Origin: Octopus sinensis
Lineage: Eukaryota
Length of the DNA: 64,000 nt
Direction: 5' to 3'
Assembly (NCBI RefSeq): GCF_006345805.1
Contig: NC_043008.1
Coordinates: 74,586,001 to 74,650,000 of the forward strand
The position numbers and the translations under genes are program-made. Numbering within the stretch: position 1 is the stretch's first letter; the number at the start of each line of letters is the position of its first letter. The notes under the pieces were generated by a model. It saw only the letters and a program-made list of their open reading frames with translations. It was not told where the DNA came from and ran no database searches. Below are positions 52,985 to 64,000 of this stretch, piece after piece.

Positions 52985-54180
52985 ACAAAAAACCACAAGT
53001 ATCAATAGATAGGTGATAATCGATTAAATGAAGCCTAGTACTCGATTGGTACTTAGTCTTATTGACCCTGGATAGTGGAAAGATCAGCTTAAAACTAGTA
53101 GGGTTTGAACTTATAACATAAAGAACCCATACTCTAATACCGCATGATATATAATAGAACACACTACTGTTTGGGTGACTCATCACTTTGATATATTTAA
53201 TATATTGATTTCTAACAGTGGCAGAAGGCCAGGAAATGTAAGAAAAAGTTGTAACCGAGTAGATCGATTAAATGCCCAACAGGTATTTTAATTTATTCCC
53301 CCATCCCGAAAGGATGAAATGTAAAACTGACATCGGTAGAATTTGAACTCAGAATATAAAGGACTAAAAATAATACATTCATGTCATCGTTACCGAACAG
53401 AAAGCCACAATTTTTTAGAGAACGCCTTTAAGTCATTGTAACAGCCCCATATTTGATGGACAGTCAAAATTAACCTTTATAAGATTGGAACTCACACCAC
53501 AACCGATCTTGCTTCTATGAACTCGTTATCTATCCTCTATTGTACGAAAGTCATCGCTGATGATTGTAAAACTACCTATCTACGTTGTCGAATTGAGAGT
53601 TAGACGACATGCTCGCGGGCAGAGTGATTAACACTGGCTAATGACAGGGAACTAGGCAGCATTTGAACTGAGGATACAAAGGTTCGAACCACATACTGAA
53701 AGGTTTTATATCTGACGTCCTACTAATTCTGCCAATCTATCTCCCTGAATTGGAACTTGTAAAGAGGTATTCTAAATGCCACATCAAAAACTCTGATACA
53801 TACTTCACCCGTGAATATTCTGGAGGAGAATGTGTCTATATCAGACACATAAAGATTTGTGCCCGATAGAGAGAAGGGGAGAGAAAGAGACACTTTATAG
53901 AGAGTGGGTTAATGTGAACTATTGGTATCGATGATTTAAAAGACGACGTCCTCAAAAATGTGTGACAACGTGTGAGTCAGAGAAATAATTTCATAATATA
54001 GTCAAACGTCAAAAGATTGGTGGGAAGGAGTTAGTCGATTAAACCTGCCCTTGAACTTGACTGATAATTATTTTATTGGTTACCGAAAGATGAAAAATAA
54101 AGTTGACTACGAAGGGATATGAACTCTGAAAGCAAATGTCGGAAGAAATACCACATGGTAGCTTTTCTGATGCTGTTAAG
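52985..54180 (-). mobile_element. Several highly decayed SINE family 2 relics
   Basis: Recurring ggtactt..ttattgaccc, ccgaaaggatgaaa and gaatttgaactcagaa motifs near 53050, 53310, 53660 and 54085. Confidence 0.55.
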
Positions 54181-54830
54181 ATTATAAGATTGTGCTAGTT
54201 TGTGATAATGCTAAAGTGTTTAGTTGGAATGCGAAATCTGGTAGTACGGTTAATATCTATATTAGCGTATGTATATGTGTGTGTGTTTGTATGTTTGTGT
54301 GTGTGTCTGTATGTATATGTATGTGTGTGTGTATTTATTCATGCACACACAGACGCACATGTATATATGTTTAACGTGGTCTTCAAATAGTTTACGAATG
54401 TCATTTATAATATCTGTGTACACGATGCAAGATTTTTTTTATATGTTATGAGGCCATCTCCATTGTGATAGGCTATGCCCCCGTCTGATCTGAGTGTAAT
54501 TTGGAATATGTGTGTTGGGTTTCGAGAGTCGGACTGCTTCCTGGATCAACGGTGTATGGATTTCGCGTGTGTTAATAAAATCTTTTACTTCAAAACAGCT
54601 GATTTTCTTCCTACCTTAAGGCTGTAATGAAAAATTTCAAAACGTTTGTAACAGGTTTCAAGTATGTTTGATTTTGTTGTTATTGTTGCTCCGAGGACGG
54701 TCATTCTCAAATAAGATACCAAGTAGTTTAGAATAATTTTCTAAGTGAGTGAGTGCGTGTGCGTGAGTTTATGTAAGTTTGTGTATGTGTGAATGTCACT
54801 AAACACCTGTGAGCATATATATACATATAT

Positions 54831-54877
<47 letters not shown>

Positions 54878-54967
54878 AAAGCATAGAGTAACTCTTCAGA
54901 TTAATGTAAAATTGTTTTTATTACAACTGGCAATAATAACATCAATATGTGTGTGTATGTATGCATG

Positions 54968-55003
<36 letters not shown>

Positions 55004-55480
55004 AATGTATGCATGCATGCATGCATGTATGTATGTATGTATTTATGTATGTATGTATGTACGTATGTATGTATGTAGTATGTATGTATGTATGTATGCA
55101 TTTACATATGTATGAGTGAGAATATATCTGTATATATGTGTTCTGTTTGTGTCCATGAAGTCATTAAAAGCAAACATATAATTCCGAAATTTTCACAAAA
55201 TTGATAGCTTCATTGCAATGAACACACGCACATACACAAAGTTACAACTATAGATCAGCATACATAGCCACAAACACACACATCCAAGAAAGCCCACAAA
55301 ACACACCATCATACTCATGCATTCACCCAACCACAAAGGCACCCTTTCATACGCACTGATGCGCATTCATATTATTCATGCACAAAGTCACACACACATG
55401 CATACACACTCCTATACAGCTACATACGTACACACATACACACAAAACCATAAATTCACACTCCTCAGTCACACACATTA

Positions 55481-55513
<33 letters not shown>

Positions 55514-56117
55514 GATACGCACGTGCACATATAGGCACGCTCATATACACACACTCATACACACAAGTACACTTTATACTCACAAAAACACGTTCTTTCC
55601 TCATACACACAGTAAAAAGAAAAAGCGCGAATGCACGCTAAAAACATACACATACGCCAACGCACAAATTTGCTCACGGTCACAAACATACACACAGGAA
55701 TACAAATACGGAATCACACACACACTCACACACACACACACACTACCTTATTCTCTTTTGTATTGTCTTCTTTCTCTTCTTCTACGTCTTCCTCTTTGCT
55801 ATTCCTCTAATTACCAAGTCACCCCCACCCATTCCTCTCATTCCCGAACAGCACAACACAACCATATTCTGATTTCTATTGTTTTAATACGGTAGTTTAT
55901 TGTTCACGCTGATTCTCCCTCCCCCACTACTCTCTCTCTCTCTCTCTCACGTGCGCATGCGCACACACACACAGACACGTACTCACACACGCGCATACAT
56001 ATATGCGCACACACACGCGACCACCCACGCACAAATGTATGCAGGTGAGCGTGTGATATTTAATGTACACAAACATACATTAACTTCACGACACACCCAT
56101 AAATGAACGTGGATTTC

Positions 56118-56450
56118 TACAAATAACTGGCACTCCGTCGGTTACGACGACAAGGGTTCCAGCTGATCCGATCAACGGAACAGCCTGCTCGTAAAATTAA
56201 CGTGCATGTGGCTGAGTACTTCACAGACACGTGTACTCTTATCGTAGTTCTCATGGGGGATTCAGCGTGGCACAGAGTTTGACAAGGCTGGCCTTTCAAA
56301 ATACAAGTACTACTCATTTTTGCCAGCTGAGTAGAGTGGAGCCACGTGAAATAAAGTGTCTTGCTCAAGGACACAACGCGTCACCGGAAATTGAACTCTC
56401 GATTTTGCAATTGCGAAACGAATACCCTAACCACGAAGCCACGCGCCTCC
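56118..56450 (-). mobile_element. Full-length tRNA-derived SINE family 3
   Basis: Minus-strand head ggaggcgcgTGGCTTCGTGGttagg...GAGTTCAATTTCCgg followed by ttgtgtccttgagcaagacact; a related fragment lies near 38870-38930. Confidence 0.85.
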
Positions 56451-56584
56451 TACAGATGCACATGTAACATATCTACATGTCTCATTTTGAATTCATTCAG
56501 AACATTAGCATTTAATGATTATACATCTGGTGGTGTATAATCATTACACCTATGCATCTGTTGGTTCGTGATCTTAATATATTC

Positions 56585-56978
56585 ATTTCTTTATTGCCCA
56601 CAAGGGGTTAAACATAGAGGGGACAAACAAGGACAGGCAAAGGGATTAAGTCGATTACATCGACCCCAGTGTGTAACTGGTACTTATTTAATCGACCCCG
56701 AAAGGAGGAAAGGCAAAGTCGACTTCGGTGGAATTTGAACTCAGAACGTAGCGGCAGACGAAATACCTATTTCTTTATTACCCACAAGGGGCTAAACATA
56801 GAGGGGACAAACAAGGACAGACATAGGTATTAAGTCGATTACATCGACTCCAGTGTGTAACTGGTACTTAATTTATCGACCCCGAAAGGATGAAAGACAA
56901 AGTCGACCTCGGCGGAATTTGAACTCACAACGTAACGGCAGACGAAATACCGCTAAGCATTTCGCCCGGCGTGCTAAC
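56585..56978 (-). mobile_element. Tandem dimer of SINE family 2 (184-bp period)
   Basis: atttctttatt.cccacaagggg.taaacatagaggggacaaacaaggacag...ggcagacgaaatacc occurs at 56585 and 56769. Confidence 0.9.
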
Positions 56979-57289
56979 TGTAAGTGCGTTTACTTAAGAT
57001 CTTAATATTTGCAGGCAAGCGATCTTAACAGCTTGTAGGTGTGTAATCTCATCCTCTTAACATCTATATCTTATCACGATATTTCGATCATGACATCTAT
57101 ACATCTGTTGGTATGTGATCTTAAAGTCTGAACTCCTATAGGTATTCGATCATAACATATGTACATCCAGAATGTCAAGTTTCAATCTCCAATATTCCAC
57201 AGTTGCAGCAACTAATACCTCCACCGCTCCCACAACTGCCACCACCTCTTTTGCAATAGTCTACGCTCTTCTTTATTGCCATGCATATT

Positions 57290-57680
57290 CACAATCATTA
57301 TCATCATTGTCTCCAACCATGACCACCACAACCACCACCATAATCATCATCATCGTCGTCGTCGTCGTCGTTGTCACCATCATCATCAGCACCATTACGA
57401 TCATCATAACACCTACCATTCTCACATCATCCTCGTTTCCATCACCACCACTATCACAATCTTTACCCTCATCATAACCTCCATCATCACTAGCGCTACC
57501 ATCATCATCATCATCACCATCATCATCATCATTATCCTCATATTGATCATCACCATTATCATCATCATGACCATAAATATCATCATAACCATCAACATCA
57601 TCATCATCATTGGCATTATTATCATCATCATAATCGCCATTACTATCAGCATCTTCATCACCATTGCCATTGCCACCATC
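57290..57680. repeat. Degenerate (CAT)n field
   Basis: Seen directly. Confidence 0.9.
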
Positions 57681-59169
57681 TCAGCAGATATATGTCAGGA
57701 GCGACAACATGTCTGTGTATGTGAAAAAATACAAATATATCGGTTGTTAGCGGCAATATTTCAGTGAACAACAATAACGGCAGCAGCAACAACAACTGTT
57801 AACGACTTCATTTAAAGAATTTGAACATGGCAGGATTGGGAGCGATAGATTAGGATTGGACGCTTCCAAACATCAATTTAAACTTGAACTTCCTTCATTT
57901 ATACTTGGCTACTTTTATCACTGCTAATTACAAATAAAATGTCTGCAAGTGTCTTGTTTTCCCCCACTAACTAGCCTCTTTCGAATGGAAACTAAATTCT
58001 AGAGCGCTGGGAATAATGTTAATATTGCTTTACACAGTATTAATAGCAATGTGTTTGATGAAAGTCAAAGTTATGGAATACAAGTAATGATGTGGAAAGA
58101 AAAGGCACATTTAGAATCCACAAGATTAATGTTAATTTGTAAACCATTAGACTCCAGCGCTAATGATTCCAGCAAAAGAATTCTGTAACAGGCAAATGTA
58201 CCCAGTTTTTAATGCTGTTGCTGCTGTAATTGTTGCTGGTGCTGCTGGTGCAAGCCTTTAATTCATTTTTGGCTAATTATAGACCGTAGTTTAGCAATCT
58301 AGTTAAAATTTAGTTTTATATTTTCAATTTGTGTTTAGTACTTTAATAGTGAAAGGGAAAGGTTTTAAGGCTTCTCTTGAAGATGGAGAGATAGTAGGGG
58401 TGGAGATCGATAGTAAAAGATAGAGAAATATGAGTAAAGGAATTAAAGAGAGGGGGAGGGGGAACTGAAAGGAACTGGAAAAAATGAAAGGAGCAAGAGA
58501 GACAAGGAGAAAGAAGGAGAAAATAATGTAAGAGATTTGAAGTAAGGAGAAGAGGGAAAGAGAAAGAGAGAGATTAAAGTTGGAGAGAAATGGGTCATTT
58601 GGAGAATGCAAGTAAAAAGTGAGGATTGGTAAGAGGGAGAAAGAGTGAGAGAAGGAGAGATAAGGTTGAGGAAAAGACAAAGGGAATGAGTGATTCAAAG
58701 AGAAAGCGAAAGAAGAGCGAGAAGGAGAGAGAGAGAGAGAAAGCGGTAAACAATCAGAGAAAAAGGACAGAACCAGGTGAAATTAAATGTATCAGAATCA
58801 CACGACTGAAGATATGAGTGAGAGAGACAAAGGAACAAAGAGCGACTGAAGGAGATAGGGAGACAAAGATAATGAAAAGTAGACAGACTTTATTTCAATA
58901 TCGGTTGGCTATGAATATTAATTACCTGGCGGGGCGGGGGCTAAAAATTTTATGTGCTTAAAATTATAACCAAGGGTACTGTCATCATATTGTGTAAATA
59001 AGTAACTGTTATATTGTATTATACGTTATTCTCTTATTGAGTAGAGAATTAACTGTTGTAATTGTATAACATGCTACAGTCATATGTATGAACCAATATA
59101 CAACAGCGGGATATTATTTGGTTAGATGTCTGTTGGGTGCTGACACTAACGTGTCAGACTGCTAATCCA

Positions 59170-60200
59170 GGTTCTCTATAATATAACACATTACCAAGAC
59201 CCCAAATTTTCGCACATGGAACAGGAGAGAAACACCGTCTTATCCTTTGTGTATTGAAAGAAGAGCTCTTCAACATCTCAACAGCTGCCTCAGGGCCTTA
59301 ACTGATGGTTGCTACCACCGGTGGTATGACCAGGTGCTCATTACAATTGCAGAGGGGATATCAACAGAAAAGTCATTCAGTCCAATATGTACCATCATCA
59401 TCACTTTTCTCAGAGCTAAAGAGAAGTCCTATTCATCATACACATATGGAAGAAACTCATGAAATGGACTTGCCAAATACTAGGAGCTCGTAGAGCAATG
59501 CAGAAAACGGTGCTGGCACTCACCCACTTAAACACATATAAACACACCCATGCACCCACAAATACATGCATGTATGTATATACTCCATACATGTAAAGTG
59601 TTCTCTTACTGAACTAGTCAGGCCTTGTATTCATTGAAGTTTCAACGATCATTATACCTATTTACCATAGCACCAGACTGTCAACTGAGAGGAGATCTTG
59701 TGCAACGGTTAAATTTCCCAAGTCACATTGTATCAATAAATCTTCACCTAGACATGGTGATCTGCTAAAGTTCCACCGAACGAACAATCATATGAAAACT
59801 GATTATGCCTTCCAAAGAAGACATGGAAGAAACTTGTGAGAGAGAGAGAGAGATACCAAATATCAGGAGCTCGTAAAGCAGTGCAGAACACGGTGCTGGC
59901 AGGCATGTTGCGAGGTGACAGAAGTAAGTTGTTGAGGTTTTGTTGGGCGTTCATTCAGCAATGAACTTAGTTTGTAATTACTGGCGTAGCAAAAATTGGG
60001 GCTATTAATTTCATCACTGAAGATGCAAAGAAGGCTACGAATTGGCTTTGGGCAAAAAGGGTGGGCCAGTGATTTATTTTTACTGGATGCAAGCTGGACT
60101 TTGTCAACGCTGACTGGTCAACTGGGTGAAGGTCTGATGTTGAAACCACCGAAACCCCTGGGACCTCAGAAACATTACTGAAGATGTATTCAATAGTATC
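59170..60200 (+). mobile_element. Hero/NeSL-like RLE LINE 3' fragment, rearranged
   Basis: LPRP.NFRTW...PLCIERRALQH.NSCLRALTDGCY..W(Y)DQVL..IAEGI (CCHC plus RHD region); later KFP.SH, TKYQELVKQCRTRCWQAC and KKATNWLW. Confidence 0.75.
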
Positions 60201-61574
60201 CGCAAGATGTATCTTCAGACTAAACTGACATATTATATAATAAACTACTATATTTATTGTGTAAATAAACAAGTCACATTGTTAAATAAACTACTGCCGT
60301 GTATATGATCAACTATTATTATAGGTGTCATGAGCTGAGTACTAAGTAAGCGAATCCTGACGATGGCTTTAACAAATGTAAAAATAATGGATAGTCGATT
60401 CTTTTTCCTACTTTGGATGCTGACAGCCATATGGGTTAACCAAGGGAAGTGTCTATGGTCACATGGAGGATAAAACTATCTTTATTAAACAATATTTAAA
60501 CATATGAATATAAGCTTCGTTGCAAGTTTCATATTTAATTCAAGCCATTTATATTGACCCACAAAACTGACACGCACACACTTAAACATATATAAACACA
60601 TACAGGTACCCACAAATATACACATGCATGTATATGCACGTATATAATCTATACATGTAGAGTGTTCTCTTCTTGAACTAGTCATTCCTGGAATTATGTG
60701 AGAGAAACTGTAAAGTAATGAAATAATAACCAACTTATACTGTTTAATACAATTACATATATACTTAAACACACACACATGCATGCATGTATGTGTGTGT
60801 GCTATCGATAACACCTAGAAGAAGGTGCTTATTTTCCAGTCACCAAAGTGACTGGAGCTTTGACGAGGAGAAACTGATGTCATCAGAGATTATCCAACGA
60901 TCATCGGGTGTTTCGACCCTGAACGTAACACCCTCCCGTAGACAGGCGAACAGAGGAGGCTCATCATCGCTTGAGGTGGCTCAATCATTCTCCTACTGGA
61001 AGCTCTGAGACATATCCTTTTATGTAGATAAAGCTAGATATGTGGTTTCTGTAAAATAAGGTTCTGATAGATTGTCTGACATTAATTGATTTATCAGTAT
61101 CGACAAGAACACAGTTGTCAAATCCCAATAGATTTAATTCTCAATCGTTGTAGATTACATGCTGCATAAAACCTTTAAAATATAAATACCTATCTCACCA
61201 CTCCAATGTCTTGACTCCCACTATTTTTCTCTGTTACTCTCTATATTATTGTAGTCTTAATAAGATATGCAAGTTTTTTTCTAAAATCAATCTGCAACAA
61301 ATATAACATAAGGAAATAATGTAATTATTTTGGTTTCTAGTATTGATATAAATTTGTTAAACATGGTTTATCCATTGTGTTGGAAATCTATATGGTCATC
61401 TACTTCTGAGGAGAGCGGTTTCTTTCACCACTACTTGACAAGGTTACTTACTAGTTCAGTTGATTAATAAGCCCTAGGGTGAATTGTTTAAGTAAACCAT
61501 TCAAGGCGGTGCTCCAACATGGTCGCAGTTCAGTGAAGGAAACATGTGAATGATAAAAGATGTGTGTGTTCATG

Positions 61575-61616
<42 letters not shown>

Positions 61617-61638
61617 CATAAATAATATATATATGCAA

Positions 61639-61700
<62 letters not shown>

Positions 61701-62382
61701 GCATATATGGGTACGGGACATCATGAATTACAAACACAGGGAAAACAAACTTTTTGAACAATGAAAGAAACACAGAAAAAAAAAGACAGGCAACATGAAG
61801 AACAATCCGCTCATCAGTTGTCCACTGTTTTATCTACTCCGCAAATTCGAGTGTTAGGACAATATGCGTCTTCGTCAAAACTGTCGCTCCCGCAAAGCAA
61901 ATTAAATAAAATTTGGGATTTGCGGAAGTAACAAAGTTGGTAACGAAAACAGGACAGTATAAAAAAACGGAAATGGGCTGTTAAGCCATAATGAGGTGAA
62001 GTGGTGAACGCTGGAGAACAAGCTTTGACAGGAGACAGATAAAAATGCGAGCTATCCTTTGTAGCTGAACGAGAAGAAAGAAATTCGAGTTAGGAGAAGA
62101 TGGCCGCTGGTCACATGTGAGCAACGAGATAGTCAAGGAGGAAGTGTGAGAGAGAGAGGGACAGAGAGAGAACGGTGGAGGAGGACAAGAATTAGAGAAA
62201 GGGTGGGAAAGAAAAAGAATATAGAAAGAGGAAGAGAGAGAGGAACAGTGATAGTGATAGAATAGTTTCGCATCAGAATTATTAAGATAAAACTTACTTG
62301 GAAATGGATGCGTGACGTTCGATCATATAATAATATAAATAATATATATATATGCATATTTGCATATGTACATGTACATATA

Positions 62383-62428
<46 letters not shown>

Positions 62429-62631
62429 ACATATATATACATATATGTATGTATTTATGTATGTATATATCTATATATGCACACATTTATATGCATAAAT
62501 ACCCACATATATGTACATAAATATACATATATGTATATGCATATGCATGTATGAATTTACAAAATTTGACATGTAAACGTACACACACGAATACGTATGC
62601 ATATAAATCCCAACGTTTCTCTCTTTCTCTC

Positions 62632-62687
<56 letters not shown>

Positions 62688-62691
62688 CACA

Positions 62692-63750
62692 CTAGCAGTA
62701 CAATCTTGACGTTGCCCGGATGTTATGATCTATAGCTATATTGTGTTACTTGCTTCGTTCTTATAGGGAGAATCTGCACAGCTGATAAATAGTGAACTGG
62801 ATTACTGGCGTAATAGAAATTATTCTTTGTTTAAAAGTGAAGTGAGGAGGGTACAATTTGCATGGGTTTGCTTGGAACTACTTTTTATTCTTAAGAAGGA
62901 TCACAAACTATGACTTGTTTCATCGTATGAAAGGAGGTTGATACAATTTTACCCAGAAATTACGTTTTCAAAATCCCCCCTTCCCCACCATAGTTTCTTA
63001 ATTCGTAACTTTTTATAGATTTTCTTTTTATCCATATTGAAAAATACAGAGATTACGAATCTGGGAAATACATACTTCTTTTAAAGTTTAATCTTTCTTA
63101 AATACTCAATACCTCTTCCTCCATCTCGCCCATCCAACACCTACCCGCTTTAAAAATGCTATGCGCATGCGTAGAATTGTACTGAAATAACTGACGTAAA
63201 AGATATTAGAGCACCACCAGAAAACCCGACATGCTAGAAACAACAGTAAAATTACATTATTTCTGAAGAAACTTCGCCTCTTTCCAAAAAGCTAAAAGTG
63301 AAACATTGGGAGTTTGTATGGGTTTTTTAAAGTGGTGAGGTGATGGGTGGATGTTTGGGAAGGAAATTTTAGTGTTTCTTTGAGTAAAAAGAAATAAGAA
63401 AATCCTTAAAGATTCGTACATTGTTTTTTCTTTCTTATTTTTTTTTTGCTTCGTGGATTAGCAAGAAAGAATTTCGAAAACAATAAAAATTGAAGAAATT
63501 GGGGGAGGGAGAAAAGGAAAATATTAAGAAGTGCTTTTTGGGCAAAATCCTAATCTCCTGTATTGAAAACATAGGAATCGGGAGAGATTTAGGAAAAAAA
63601 TAGGGGCACGGTGCAAATGTAACATCGGACACGCTAGAAACAATAGGTTAAGGACAGGATTTCTGGGATACTTCCTTTTAAATTTATATCGAAGATCAGG
63701 TTTTTAAATACACTCATCACAAACACTAATTAGAGAACAGAAAATGGTGA
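62692..63750 (-). mobile_element. Non-autonomous Helitron-like element
   Basis: Minus strand ends ...tccgggcaacgtcaaga ttgtactgCTAG|t (decayed hairpin plus CTAG). 62779-62910 is the reverse-complement homologue of 35283-35399, upstream of the PIF1 relic. The far boundary is uncertain. Confidence 0.65.
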
Positions 63751-63814
63751 TTTCAATTGGATTTGAACAGTAACTATGCACGTGCATAATTCATACAGAA
63801 GTTTTACCTATTGT

Positions 63815-63868
<54 letters not shown>

Positions 63869-64000
63869 ATGTGTATGTGCATGTGTGTGTGCGTGCGTGT
63901 GTGTGCGCGTGTGTGTGTGCGTGCGTGTGTGTGTGCGTGCGCGCCTAAGGAAGTTATTTTATGGTAGTCTTTCGTTTGAAGCAGGAAAGTTGTCAACTCG

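Overview
AT-rich eukaryotic genomic DNA packed with microsatellites (TA, CA, TATG, TAGA, TAA, GAA, CAT) and decayed transposable elements. The tRNA-derived SINE families and repeat style suggest a coleoid cephalopod such as Octopus (inference). There is no confidently identifiable host gene, rRNA, intact tRNA or CRISPR array, so the window looks intronic or intergenic; the only host-exon candidate is a Ser/Asn/Thr-rich ORF at 32122-32705. Recognisable elements are a nearly complete 1288-bp mariner (TIRs, TA target duplication, two frameshifts), a second deleted Tc1/mariner, restriction-like-endonuclease LINE fragments (R4/Dong-like, Hero-like), CR1-like fragments, Penelope-like elements with GIY-YIG remnants, Helitron/PIF1-helicase relics, three SINE families and several foldback/MITE-like elements. 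The most notable structural signals are a perfect 109-bp-arm hairpin (44596-44828); a Penelope-like copy (39982-41115) with an inverted terminal segment, a tRNA-like Pol III head and a minimal hammerhead-ribozyme motif; a set of short hammerhead-like elements beside TA tracts; and apparent microsatellite-specific insertion of retroelements. All alignments and translations were done by eye.
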